Shown here piece after piece: positions 39,310 through 49,568 of a stretch of DNA of 64,000 nucleotides; positions within the stretch are counted from its first letter, which is position 1, and each line of letters begins with the position of its first letter. Position numbers and translations under genes: made by a program. Location of the stretch: positions 1 through 64,000 of the forward strand of contig NZ_MWQY01000002.1 in NCBI RefSeq assembly GCF_002087085.1, given 5' to 3'. A model generated the notes under the pieces. The model made no database searches, was not told the DNA's origin, and worked only from the letters and a program-made list of their open reading frames with translations.

Positions 39310-40470
39310 ATGACCGACTTGTTACGAAGCTTCGATTACGTCTTTCCCACAGAAATATGCTATGGTGAGAATATTGTCGCCGAACTGCCCCACAGGATTA
39401 AAAGAGACGGCATTTCCTCGGTGCTGCTGATCACCGACCCGGGCCTGAAGGATATGCCCTTTACCCGAAAGATCCTCGACGTCCTGAAAACCGGAGGCGT
39501 CCGCTGTGCCGTCTATGGCGGGGTTGAAGCGAATCCCAAGGATCACAACGTGCAGTCCGCCGCAGCCCTTGCCCGGGAGAAGGGTGCAGAGGCCCTCATT
39601 GCCCTGGGAGGCGGAAGCCCCATGGACTGTGCCAAGGCGGTGGCCATCCTCGCTCCCCAGGGCGGCGAAGTGCGGGACTACGAAGACAGCAGCAGAATCG
39701 GCGAAAAGATTCTGCCCCTGTATACCGTCCCTACCACCGCCGGAACCGGAAGCGAGGTGACCTTCAGCGCAGTCATTACCGACAGCAGGGCAAAGTTCAA
39801 GTTCACCGTTAAATCTCCACGAATAGCACCCCGGGCCGCCTTTATCGATCCGCAGCTTAGCGTCTCCATGCCTTCCGCCCTCACCGCCGCCACCGGAATG
39901 GATGCCCTCACCCATGCCATCGAGGCCTTCACCGCCAGGAACGCCAACCCTCTCTCCGACGCCGCCGCCCTTCATGCTGTAGACTTGATAAACTCATTTC
40001 TTGTCCGGGCTGTAAAAACGCCGGAGGATATGGAAGCCCGGGCCGGCATGATGCTCGGCAGTCTTATCGCAGGTATAGCCTTCAGCCACTCCGACGTTGC
40101 ATCGGTCCACTGCCTTGCGGAGGCCCTGGGCGGCATGTACGACAGCCCCCACGGGGTATGTAACGCGGTAGCCCTTCCGGTGGTAATGGAATACAACCTG
40201 GAGTATGCTCTGGATCTCTACGCCCGGATAGCCCGGGTAATGGGCATCGCCTTTGAAAGCTCCGAAGAAGGAGCACGCCGTGCCGTGGAACGGGTTAAGT
40301 TTCTGGCCGTCGAAGTGGGGCTACCGCGGTTCAGCGAACTGGGGATCCGGGAGAGCGACTTTCCCGTACTTGCAGAGAAATCTGCTCAAAATGGTAGCAA
40401 CCGGGACAATCCCAGACCCATGAAAAGCGAAGACTACCTGGAGCTCCTGAAGATTCTCCAGCGGGGATAG
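39310..40470 (+). CDS. Iron-containing alcohol dehydrogenase
   Basis: GGGSPMD, PTTAGTGSE, GMDALTHAIE, VHCLAE, HGVCN. Confidence 0.92.
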   Translation: MTDLLRSFDYVFPTEICYGENIVAELPHRIKRDGISSVLLITDPGLKDMPFTRKILDVLKTGGVRCAVYGGVEANPKDHNVQSAAALAREKGAEALIALGGGSPMDCAKAVAILAPQGGEVRDYEDSSRIGEKILPLYTVPTTAGTGSEVTFSAVITDSRAKFKFTVKSPRIAPRAAFIDPQLSVSMPSALTAATGMDALTHAIEAFTARNANPLSDAAALHAVDLINSFLVRAVKTPEDMEARAGMMLGSLIAGIAFSHSDVASVHCLAEALGGMYDSPHGVCNAVALPVVMEYNLEYALDLYARIARVMGIAFESSEEGARRAVERVKFLAVEVGLPRFSELGIRESDFPVLAEKSAQNGSNRDNPRPMKSEDYLELLKILQRG

Positions 40471-40597
40471 GATCTTATCTGTTTATATCCCTCTTCAGGA
40501 ACGCTTGAAAAGTTGGTTCATGATGTTTACTTTTACTCCCGAGGGGCTTACAGGCGGATCCCCGTACTGCCGGCAGCCCTGTCAAGGAGACAAGTAC

Positions 40598-43402
40598 ATG
40601 ATGAGACACAATATCGCAAGGATTCTGCCTGCCGTATTTTTACTTATAATCTTCAGCGGATGCGCAGGCCTTGCACCGGCCGGCAAAACGCCCTTGCCCC
40701 TGGACCCGAAAGTGCTGCAGGGAGAGCTGGACAACGGAATCCGGTATTTTATCCGCGAGAACCATGAACCGGAAAACAGGATATCCCTGCGCCTGTTTGT
40801 AAATGCCGGATCGGTACTGGAAGAAGACGACCAGCAGGGGCTTGCACATCTCCTTGAGCATATGGCCTTCAAGGGAAGTACCCACTTTGACGAGGGGGGA
40901 CTGGAAGATTTTCTGGAAGGCCTGGGCATGCGTTTCGGCCCCGATCTGAACGCCTACACCAGTTTCGATGAAACCGTCTACCAGCTGGAACTGCCGGCGG
41001 ATGATCCTGAAGTTATCGAGAAGGGCTTTCTTGTTCTGCAGGATTGGGCCGACGGAATCCGAATTGACCCGGAGGCCCTGAACAGGGAACGCCTTGTGGT
41101 TCGGGAGGAGTGGCGCCTGCGACAGGGAGCCCAGACCCGCATCAGGGATACCCAGATAAGCAGGCTGCTGGAAGGATCCCGCTATGCCGAACGCTTTCCC
41201 ATCGGCAAGATGGATGTGGTCATGAACATCTCCGCTGAAGGGGTCAGGGATTTCTATCAGCGCTGGTACCATCCGGGACTAATGGGGATAGCAGTCGTGG
41301 GGGACATCAATGCAGGGGAGGCGGAAAGTCTTATCCGCGAGTACTTCTCCGGTCTTTCGGAAAGCGAAAACAGTTCCCGGCGTCCGAATATTCCGGTCCC
41401 CCTCTCCCAGGAGAACCAGGCCCTGGTGCTCTCGGACCCGGAACTCACGATTGGAAGGGTAGAACTTATGACCAAGCTGCCGCCCTCCCCCCTTGAAAGC
41501 GTCGAGGACTATCGGCAGGAGATCAGGGAAATCCTTTTCTGGAACATGCTGAACTCACGGCTTGATGAACGTACAAGGGAGGCACAGCCTCCCTTCATGC
41601 GGGCCGGGGGTTCGAGCTACTCCTATGTGCGCGAGGTGGACCTGAGCTATCTCACGGCACAGGGGAATCCGGAAAACATCCTCGTATCTCTGCAGGAACT
41701 CCTGAAGGAGCTGCGCCGGGTTGAACTCCACGGCTTTACCGAGCCTGAATTGAAGCGGGAAAGGTCCCGGGTCATGAAGGCTGTTGAAAACGCCTGGAAG
41801 GAGCAGGAAAACCGGGAGTCCTCGTCCATAATCCGGGAGATCGGGGAGTACTACCTCAAAGGTGTCGGCATGCCGGGCATCGATTTCGAATACGAGCTCT
41901 TCAAAAAGGAGCTGCCCCTGGTGAGCCTGGAAGAGGTCAACTCCCTCTTTTACCGTTTCTTTCCCGATAAGGGTCGTCTGATTACAGTCTCCCTGCCGGC
42001 GAGCGATTCCCTCCCCGGTGAAGAAGATGTGCTTGGTCTGCTTGAGCGCGTATCAGAACAGGACCTGCCGCCCTACCGGGAGGAGATAATCGGAGAATCT
42101 CTTATTACAGAGCTCCCCAAACCGGGAACAATCAGCAATACACACAGCCTTCCGGCGGTGGAAACCAGCATCCTGGAACTCTCCAATGGTATGACCCTGG
42201 CCCTGAAACCCACGGATTTTCAGCAGAACCGGGTGCTTCTTGCAGGATTCAGTCCCGGAGGAGAAAGCCTGGTGCCCACGGAAGAGCTTCCTGCCGCACG
42301 TACCGCCGTGACCATTCTTGAGGAAAGCGGACTGGGCACCTTCGACGCAACAGGACTTGAGAAGTTCCTGGCCGACAAGGATGCCTCGGTAAAAAGCTAC
42401 ATAGGCAGGTATCATGAAGGATTCACCGGGGAGGCCTCCACCGGAGATCTTGAATACCTGTTCCAGCTGATTCATCTGTACTTCAGTGCCCCCCGTTTTG
42501 ACACATCCGCCTTTGATTCGGTGCGGGAGCGGCTTTCGACCTCCCTGGCCAACCGGGATAAATCCCCCCAGACCCTCTTCTCCGATACCCTGACCCGGCT
42601 GCTTTCCGGTGGCAGTCCACGACGGGAACCCTTTACCCTGGAAACCGTATCGAGGATGGACCTGGAAGCTTCGGAGCGTATATATCGCGAACGTTTCGCA
42701 GATCCCGGGGATTTTACCCTGATTTTTGTGGGAAACTTCGATCCCGAAACCCTGAAGGAATTTGCGAAAAAGTACCTTGCCTCTTTACCGGGTAAAGGTA
42801 CCGCGGAAAGCTGGCGGGACAACGGAGTCCGGCCGGTGGAAGCTCCGGTTTACGAAACAGTCCGCAAAGGAATCGAGGAGAAGGCAACTGCAGCTCTGAT
42901 GTTTACCCGTCCCATGACCTGGAGCCGGCAGGATGCCGCCCGGGCCGGGGCCGCTGCATCGATACTGGAAAACACCCTGCGGGAGCGAATCCGGGAGGAG
43001 CTGGGAGGCACCTACAGCATCTCGGCCTGGGCAAATCTTTACCGTCGTTCCTATGAACACGTGGAAGGAGGCGTCTACTTCGGTGCCGATCCCGGGCAGG
43101 TGGAAAACCTGAGCAGAGAGGTACTGAAAATCAGCCGGGAGATCGCTGAAACCGGTCCGGAAGAACAGTACGTGGAGAATGAAGTCGAAGCCTACCGGAG
43201 GGACTACGAGACCGGGATGAAAGAGAACAGCTTCTGGCTTAGGCATCTGGAACAGACCCTGCAGGACGGAGATGATCCTGAGGATCTCCTTACACCGGAG
43301 GAGTACGCGGAACTGGTCAGCAGCGAAGGGGTGAAAAATAAAATCAGCGAAATCTTCCGGGAGGAGAACCTGATTCAGGTGATTCTGTTACCGGAAAATT
43401 AG
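40598..43402 (+). CDS. M16-family zinc protease (PqqL-like) lipoprotein
   Basis: Lipobox FSGC, HLLEHMAF (HxxEH), NAYTSFDETVY, REELGGTY. Confidence 0.92.
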   Translation: MMRHNIARILPAVFLLIIFSGCAGLAPAGKTPLPLDPKVLQGELDNGIRYFIRENHEPENRISLRLFVNAGSVLEEDDQQGLAHLLEHMAFKGSTHFDEGGLEDFLEGLGMRFGPDLNAYTSFDETVYQLELPADDPEVIEKGFLVLQDWADGIRIDPEALNRERLVVREEWRLRQGAQTRIRDTQISRLLEGSRYAERFPIGKMDVVMNISAEGVRDFYQRWYHPGLMGIAVVGDINAGEAESLIREYFSGLSESENSSRRPNIPVPLSQENQALVLSDPELTIGRVELMTKLPPSPLESVEDYRQEIREILFWNMLNSRLDERTREAQPPFMRAGGSSYSYVREVDLSYLTAQGNPENILVSLQELLKELRRVELHGFTEPELKRERSRVMKAVENAWKEQENRESSSIIREIGEYYLKGVGMPGIDFEYELFKKELPLVSLEEVNSLFYRFFPDKGRLITVSLPASDSLPGEEDVLGLLERVSEQDLPPYREEIIGESLITELPKPGTISNTHSLPAVETSILELSNGMTLALKPTDFQQNRVLLAGFSPGGESLVPTEELPAARTAVTILEESGLGTFDATGLEKFLADKDASVKSYIGRYHEGFTGEASTGDLEYLFQLIHLYFSAPRFDTSAFDSVRERLSTSLANRDKSPQTLFSDTLTRLLSGGSPRREPFTLETVSRMDLEASERIYRERFADPGDFTLIFVGNFDPETLKEFAKKYLASLPGKGTAESWRDNGVRPVEAPVYETVRKGIEEKATAALMFTRPMTWSRQDAARAGAAASILENTLRERIREELGGTYSISAWANLYRRSYEHVEGGVYFGADPGQVENLSREVLKISREIAETGPEEQYVENEVEAYRRDYETGMKENSFWLRHLEQTLQDGDDPEDLLTPEEYAELVSSEGVKNKISEIFREENLIQVILLPEN

Positions 43403-44316
43403 AAAATGGAAGGGGCCCTGTTTTCCAGATCCTCTTCCAGCTCATCCGGCAGGGAGGCGAAGAAGTCGTATCCCGTAAACTCTTCCACCCGGTCCACGGA
43501 GAAGAGGAAATCTTCGTACTCCCTGTCGGACAGCATCTCTCCGGTGTTGGGCATCAGAAAGCCCCAGGCTCTGATCCCCGGCTCCCGGTAATCGAGGACT
43601 ACCTTGAAGTAGTACAGGGGAATAACCGATCCCCCACCGCCGAGCCTGGGATATTCATCCTCCGTGAGGACCGGTCCGGTAATAACAATAACAGCTCCTT
43701 CCGCCTTCGCCAGTTCCCGTATCGCCTCTTCCAGTTCCCGCCAGGGTCCGCGGTTGAGTTCCGGAATCTGCGGGGCCACATTGGACATAAGAAAGGAATC
43801 CGCCATGGCCGCCTCGGACCATTTGACATCCGCCGCGGGGATCATATGCCCCCTGTCGTATCCGGAACCCGTATATGAGCTTGAAACAGGGGAACTGTCC
43901 CCCAGATCATCATCTTTACTGAAATAGTCGAGGCGCTCCAGGTCACCGGCGAGCTCCTCTGCCGTCAGTTCGTAGCCCACCCATAGAGGGATCTGTCTTT
44001 CCCTGCTGTAGGCGAGGAGAAACCCTTCTTTTTCAATGATCTCAAAGACCATTTCCTCCAGCGACACCGGTACGGCCAGGGTTTCCGGATTTTCCAGATA
44101 ATCACTGATACTCGAAGCCAGGGGCCTTTCCGCAACGGTCTTGACGGACTCCCCGACCATTTTGGTCGCCTCGCCGAGGGCTCCCCCCACCCGGTCGCCG
44201 ATCAGAACAATCAGTTCCCCCGTCCCCGCCTGGGCGACAAAGGTAATCAGTAAAACCACGAGAACCAGACCTGCAAAAAGAATCAGCAGAGCCCGGTTGG
44301 CACTGTTTTTCGCCAT
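43399..44316 (-). CDS. DNA/RNA non-specific endonuclease (EndA/NucA family), membrane-anchored
   Basis: YDRGHMIPAAD, SNVAPQ, LNRGPW; N-terminal TM segment. Confidence 0.9.
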   Translation of the reverse strand: MAKNSANRALLILFAGLVLVVLLITFVAQAGTGELIVLIGDRVGGALGEATKMVGESVKTVAERPLASSISDYLENPETLAVPVSLEEMVFEIIEKEGFLLAYSRERQIPLWVGYELTAEELAGDLERLDYFSKDDDLGDSSPVSSSYTGSGYDRGHMIPAADVKWSEAAMADSFLMSNVAPQIPELNRGPWRELEEAIRELAKAEGAVIVITGPVLTEDEYPRLGGGGSVIPLYYFKVVLDYREPGIRAWGFLMPNTGEMLSDREYEDFLFSVDRVEEFTGYDFFASLPDELEEDLENRAPSIF

Positions 44317-44326
44317 TATTCCTTAC

Positions 44327-45502
44327 CTATATCTTCCGCAGGGGGAGGAGAATAGTAATCTCCGTTCCCTTTCCCGGGGATGAGGTGATATCTATATCTC
44401 CGTGGTGGGCTTCCACAATGTTCTTGACTATAAGCATTCCCAGACCGGTTCCACCCTGCTTTGAGGACGAGTAGAAGGGCTCAAAAACGTGGGCCAGAAC
44501 CTCAGGGCTCATCCCTTCACCGGTATCCCGTACGACAATACGCAGAGAATCCTGATATTCATCAAAGCGGACACTCAGCTCGCCTTCCCGGCCCAGGGCC
44601 TTTCGGGCATTTTCCGTAAGGTTTACCAGTACCCGGAAGATTCTGGCATGGTCGAAGATGGCTGTGGTCACTCCCTGGTGCTCAAATTTCAGCCGGACCT
44701 TTTTGGAGCCGACTCTCTTACGAACCAGGGCTTCAAGCTTTTCAAGAAAGGGGCCCAGTTCCACGGGAGAGAAGTCCAGACGAATCTCGCCCCGGGAGTA
44801 ATCAAGAAACTCATTGGCAAGGCCTGCCAGCCGCTCGGATTCGCTCATAATGTTCTCGACATATTCCCGGTGCTTTTGTGGAAGCTCCTCGGAGCGTTTC
44901 AGGATCTCGGCATAGCCCTGAACAATGGATATGGGGTTACGGATATCGTGGAGAATCATGGAGGAGAATTTACCCAGGTTCGACAACCGCTCCTGCTGAA
45001 TCAGCTGGTCCTGGGCTTCCTGCAGTTCCTTGAGGGCCTGTTCCAGCTTCAGGTTACGCTGTTTCAGATCTTCTAAAAGGGTATCGTTGCTGCGACGGAC
45101 CATGGCGGAGAGAGAACGTATTACCGCAAGGGCGACTGCGGAGTTGTCGCGTATCAGCCGAAGGAATTCCTCCTCGTGAATCACAAGGGTCGTAACGGAG
45201 CTGCGGGCCTTGAGGGTCGCATATCTGGGCATGGCGTCCACCAGAGCCATCTCGCCGAAGGGTTTTCCCGGACCGTGCACAGTCAGGAGATCAGCATCCT
45301 GGGTCCCATAGCTTTTCCAGACCTCCACCTGCCCCTTCATCATGATAAAAAAGCGGTCCGCCGCATCTCCTTCCCTGAAAAGAATCTCCCCGGGAGCAAA
45401 GGACTCCTCCCGACAGTAACGGGCAAGCTCATCCAGATACTCGTTTTCCAGGTGGCTGAAAAAAGGAACGGTTTTAAGAAAACGGATATAATCCTGACTC
45501 AT
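44327..45502 (-). CDS. Cyclic-nucleotide-binding-domain sensor histidine kinase
   Basis: FGEMAL cNMP domain, HDIRNP H-box, DTGEG, GTGLG. Confidence 0.9.
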   Translation of the reverse strand: MSQDYIRFLKTVPFFSHLENEYLDELARYCREESFAPGEILFREGDAADRFFIMMKGQVEVWKSYGTQDADLLTVHGPGKPFGEMALVDAMPRYATLKARSSVTTLVIHEEEFLRLIRDNSAVALAVIRSLSAMVRRSNDTLLEDLKQRNLKLEQALKELQEAQDQLIQQERLSNLGKFSSMILHDIRNPISIVQGYAEILKRSEELPQKHREYVENIMSESERLAGLANEFLDYSRGEIRLDFSPVELGPFLEKLEALVRKRVGSKKVRLKFEHQGVTTAIFDHARIFRVLVNLTENARKALGREGELSVRFDEYQDSLRIVVRDTGEGMSPEVLAHVFEPFYSSSKQGGTGLGMLIVKNIVEAHHGDIDITSSPGKGTEITILLPLRKI

Positions 45503-45642
45503 CCTTTACTCCCGGAAAAGTGGTATAAAGACAGTCTATCAGCAACAACAAACCGGGTAAAGCTCATATATGAGCACCCATAGATGGCGCTGGTTTTGCT
45601 GCAGCCAGGGCGGTGAACAGCAATTTTTTGCCCTCCAACGAG

Positions 45643-45672
45643 TTGACACGCTCATAATCTCCGTGATATTTT
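45643..45672 (+). promoter_or_regulatory. Probable promoter of tRNA-Pro
   Basis: TTGACA (45643)-N18-TATTTT with extended TG. Confidence 0.5.
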
Positions 45673-45683
45673 GAGGCTCACAC

Positions 45684-45757
45684 CGGGCTGTAGCGCAGTG
45701 GTTTAGCGTACTTGACTGGGGGTCAAGGGGTCGGCGGTTCAAATCCGCCCAGCCCGA
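45684..45757 (+). tRNA. tRNA-Pro (anticodon GGG)
   Basis: CGGGCTG/CAGCCCG acceptor stem, D arm TAGCGCAGTGGTTTAGCGTA, CTTGA-CTGGGGG-TCAAG anticodon arm, GGCGG-TTCAAAT-CCGCC T arm; CCA not encoded. Confidence 0.96.
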
Positions 45758-45795
45758 AAAAAAGAGCGATCGGAATCTCCGGTCGCTCTTTTTTT
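45758..45795 (+). terminator. Intrinsic terminator after the tRNA
   Basis: A-run-GAGCGATCGGA-ATC-TCCGGTCGCTC-T7. Confidence 0.8.
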
Positions 45796-45796
45796 C

Positions 45797-45890
45797 GGGC
45801 TTCCGGCGGTCATTCTCGGGATTTTCCCTTCGGGAAAACCCTGCCATGACCTTGGGCTTGCGAATTGCACAGCAATTCGCTGGGCCCAGC
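45797..45890. repeat. Structured repeat, copy A
   Basis: Shares GGGCTTCCGGCG, TTCTCGG, CCTGCCA, CTTGGGCTTGC and TTCGCTGGGCCCAGC blocks with copy B, in the same order and with near-identical spacing. Confidence 0.8.
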
Positions 45891-46247
45891 CCTCTGGATC
45901 ACTCTTCTGCAGAAAATCCGGGACTTCTTTTTCGGGCTTCTTAGCGTACTTTCGGCAGAATCCTATCGGGTTTTTGCTTTTTGTGACCACCCATAAAATC
46001 CTCCCCGAAATCCTTCACTGATAAACCAGATTTTTGAGGAAGACATAATTCAGGAAGACTTTTCCATTTTTCCAGGGCCGGGAAAAATAGACCGTAAGAG
46101 TACGATTACTTTTTCTGTTTATACAGAAGGTTTATTCACATGGTACAAGTGCTCATAAATCAAGCTTTTATCAACAAAGGGTGTAAATACTCCAGATAGC
46201 AATCAAAACATTCTAACGCCCAATAGATCAGATCATATCATCAACTT

Positions 46248-47582
46248 CTATTCTAAACCGGAAAAAAGTTTTAGCACGGTAGCCGAAGGATAATTTGATA
46301 GAGAGGCGATGCCATTGACCAATTCAATGGGGACTAGAGCGCTTTCATGTCGATAACTGAGTATTTTGGGGATTGTCGCCATAATCCTATCTACTCCGAT
46401 GAGATCTTCTCGTCTGTTTGGTTTGTTCTCATTATCAAGGTACTGACCAGTCGGTATATTGAGTACAAATAGATGATGAGGGCTCTGCTTGAGAAGTACC
46501 TTTTCACCATAGTTAGTTCTAAATCCATAGGGATACTTGGGATCACGCTTCCGTTGAACCTCTGAATGTATAAACTTATGAGTAAGAGGAGAAAACCTTG
46601 AAGGTGCGCCCTTTTCTAATGGCTCAACAAGATGCGCATAGCCTTTAAAGAAGTCAACGAATTTACCAGTTTTCTCCTGACCACATAGATGAATAGTCAC
46701 TCCAATACTTTTTGCTTTTGAGATAAAATTGCGTAGATTCGGTACAAGCTTTGAGTATTGTCCTCGGAGTGTTAACGGACCATCCTTTAGAAACAGAGTT
46801 TCTTTTAATACATGATGGTTTTTTTGCCAAAGGTATCTGATAGCTGTAAATAACATCATAGTTTCATGAATCATCATATATGCAGAAGCGAGGGTTTCAG
46901 ATGCAGAATCTTCTGACATTTCCATATGAAGACCTATGATATCAGTCAAAAAGATTACAGATTGACATTCAGGGCATTCTATCTGATCAGTATCATATTT
47001 CATTCCAGGTAATTCTGCATAACACTCGGGACACTCAAATGCTGGGGAGTTACTCTTTGTACCTTCCTCCCATTTCTGATAGACCACCCATTTGAGGGTT
47101 TTATATGGCTCGCCATCTAATTGGGGATCCCTAAAGGAGTCGTATATGAGCTTGCGCATCCCATACAACCAATCAGTGCCGTGAATCCGTATATTCTTAA
47201 CAGGAAAGACAGTTGCATGATGCTGAGCACTCTCAGACATCAGTTTTCTTAATTGGTTTGGATGAGGATAATCGGGATCGATTTGTTCGATTTTAGTCGG
47301 ATCTATCCTCATTAATGCTGTTTTAACAAATGACACTTCCCGTTTAGGATTACCTGAAGATGCAAGGTGCTGCAATGACCCATCTGAAGCGAAGATGTAT
47401 TTTAAAGGTCGCGCAAATTTATCAACCTCGAACCAATCGATATCGGGTGATGTAATACTCGACGCATCTGGGTGCTCAAACTGTTCAACCACTTGATTGA
47501 CAAACTCACTGTTCAAAACATCTAGATGCCCAAGTTTCGAAGCAGATTCGCCACTTAATCTCTGTCCTGCTTGATATGGCAC
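46248..47582 (-). CDS. NurA-like nuclease (RNase H fold) with zinc-ribbon insert
   Basis: IFASDGS, FLKDGPL and GQEKTG acidic motifs; two CPEC motifs; GTG start 9 nt after the HerA-like stop. Confidence 0.75.
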   Translation of the reverse strand: MPYQAGQRLSGESASKLGHLDVLNSEFVNQVVEQFEHPDASSITSPDIDWFEVDKFARPLKYIFASDGSLQHLASSGNPKREVSFVKTALMRIDPTKIEQIDPDYPHPNQLRKLMSESAQHHATVFPVKNIRIHGTDWLYGMRKLIYDSFRDPQLDGEPYKTLKWVVYQKWEEGTKSNSPAFECPECYAELPGMKYDTDQIECPECQSVIFLTDIIGLHMEMSEDSASETLASAYMMIHETMMLFTAIRYLWQKNHHVLKETLFLKDGPLTLRGQYSKLVPNLRNFISKAKSIGVTIHLCGQEKTGKFVDFFKGYAHLVEPLEKGAPSRFSPLTHKFIHSEVQRKRDPKYPYGFRTNYGEKVLLKQSPHHLFVLNIPTGQYLDNENKPNRREDLIGVDRIMATIPKILSYRHESALVPIELVNGIASLSNYPSATVLKLFSGLE

Positions 47583-47591
47583 TTTTTCCTC

Positions 47592-49568
47592 CTATTCAAA
47601 CTTATATGCTTGAATCGGAACTACAAAGCGATGGCTAAAGGTGAGCATCCGCATGTATCCAGGAGTTTTTGAGCGCATAATCTCGCTTCCAAGCCCTTCA
47701 TATGCAATCTGTACTCTCTCAAGCGACCGTACCTCGTCTTGTGACGATAGATGACCAACAAAGAAATTTTCGGTCTGAGCTAGTAATTCCTGTGATATGG
47801 TCGATGGCGATTGTGTAGAATACACCATTCCTATGTGAAACTTAGCACCTTCCTTTGCAAAGCGAGAATATACATCCGTAAATTCCTTGTTGTCTCGAGG
47901 AAAGAGATTATGCGCTTCCTCAAAATACAGTTGAACGAAATGCTCCGATAGGTTATTTGAGATAAACTTCTTCTCTTGGTTATTGAACACAGCTCGAGAT
48001 AGCATATCGGAGAAATAGCGTCGCACTTCATCGGTTGCATTTCCTAAATCCAGGATTACAGTTTGACCAGCGTCGATTAAATCCAAAATTTCTTTTTGGA
48101 AATCACCGGCGGACATAGAATGATAGATTATGAATGGACGAAGAATAACGGTTCCGGAACGACCTTGCTTTGGAAAAAGGAACTCAAGCATAGCAACATC
48201 ATCAATATCGAAGTAATCTTTTCCTCCAGACGATTTTAATTCTTTATCACCTGGGTTCTCCTTCCGAAAGCTATCAATTACTCTAAGTTCGTTAAGTAAC
48301 TCACTGAGGTTTTTAGGAGTATTGGGTACCTCTTGATCTGCATTACTATAGGCCTTTTCGCGCAATGTCTTTTTAAAGTGCGGATCATACCCAAATGGGG
48401 CCTCACCTACTTTTCCGCCCAAACGTGACAGACGTGATTCATCAGCTTTGAATCCGGCACTATGCAAAATTGCCCAATATATCTGTATTTTCCGTATCGA
48501 ACGTCTTTTTGGGCTTTGCTCCATATGTGGGATATCTTCAACATTAGGCAACTCGACGCTCATGAAGCTCTTTATATAGTCAGAAGTCTTATTTGCCTGA
48601 GTCAGAAAAGACTTTAGAATCGAAAGACCAGAATCAGGCTGTTCATAAAAATTAAGCTTTAACTGCTTTGCATAATCAGCCCCCTCTCGAGGATTCAACG
48701 CATAAACCTGACAACGTTCCGAGTACTTACTTCTAATTGAAATATTCCCATCCTGCGGATTATCATTGGCATATTCACCGTTTATATCAAATATGAGCTG
48801 TCCGACATCACGTTTCTCATCGGTAGCTTTAATCACGGCTTCTGCCAACAACTTAACAACATTTGATTTACCTAACCGAGTCTTACCAAACATCGCCGTT
48901 CGAAAACCTTGAAAATCTCTGACTGATATTTGGGCACTAACGTTGTGAGGACTAACATTGGCAAATGGAAGTCGGCACTCAGTCATTCTCAAATCACCAA
49001 TACTTATCTGACGTTCTTTTCTAACGGTCCCATTTACAATAAGGTCCAACAACTTTTGATCCGGAGAATAGATGCGGTATCGATGAGCACTAACGACCGT
49101 GTTAACATCTCCTGAAAAAGCCAGCTCCTCGGAATTTTCAATATCTGGATAAAACATACCGAGTACAGTAGTGTTAAGAGCTCCCCATTGGAGTTCCGAC
49201 TGGGTCCATCGGTCAATTTCGGGCATAGATTTCTTATGTAGCTCAAAATAGGTTTGTTGTACTTGTTGGCTTAAAGGCGTCGGGGCCACATCTTCCACTC
49301 GCAGAAGTGTGAAATGGGGAGGTATTCCATCAAGTTTATCGGGTAGCATTACCAAGAATGATCCTTTTGGAAGTCCGCCGACCGCTCGTTTATACGGATC
49401 TGAAGTGATTATCCTTGCAGTATCGTATGACATCTCCATAGCATAACCGACAAATCGCATCTCATTGTAATGCTCAGACTCTTCAGCCTTCTTCTCAGTT
49501 TCCAAGAAATCATAGACCATTCTGAGAGGATTTTCTTGAAATTCCGCCTTCTGAATAAAGTTAAGCAT
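47592..49568 (-). CDS. HerA/FtsK-superfamily ATPase (DUF87/helicase HerA-like)
   Basis: N-terminal HAS-barrel-like region, Walker A FGKTRLGKS, IFDINGEY, Walker B YFEEAHN, KEGAKF, STQSP. Confidence 0.88.
   Translation of the reverse strand: MLNFIQKAEFQENPLRMVYDFLETEKKAEESEHYNEMRFVGYAMEMSYDTARIITSDPYKRAVGGLPKGSFLVMLPDKLDGIPPHFTLLRVEDVAPTPLSQQVQQTYFELHKKSMPEIDRWTQSELQWGALNTTVLGMFYPDIENSEELAFSGDVNTVVSAHRYRIYSPDQKLLDLIVNGTVRKERQISIGDLRMTECRLPFANVSPHNVSAQISVRDFQGFRTAMFGKTRLGKSNVVKLLAEAVIKATDEKRDVGQLIFDINGEYANDNPQDGNISIRSKYSERCQVYALNPREGADYAKQLKLNFYEQPDSGLSILKSFLTQANKTSDYIKSFMSVELPNVEDIPHMEQSPKRRSIRKIQIYWAILHSAGFKADESRLSRLGGKVGEAPFGYDPHFKKTLREKAYSNADQEVPNTPKNLSELLNELRVIDSFRKENPGDKELKSSGGKDYFDIDDVAMLEFLFPKQGRSGTVILRPFIIYHSMSAGDFQKEILDLIDAGQTVILDLGNATDEVRRYFSDMLSRAVFNNQEKKFISNNLSEHFVQLYFEEAHNLFPRDNKEFTDVYSRFAKEGAKFHIGMVYSTQSPSTISQELLAQTENFFVGHLSSQDEVRSLERVQIAYEGLGSEIMRSKTPGYMRMLTFSHRFVVPIQAYKFE

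Noticed and set aside
45797..45890. Structured repeat as an integron attC site
   Set aside because: No RYYYAAC...GTTRRRY core ends and no integron integrase in the window.
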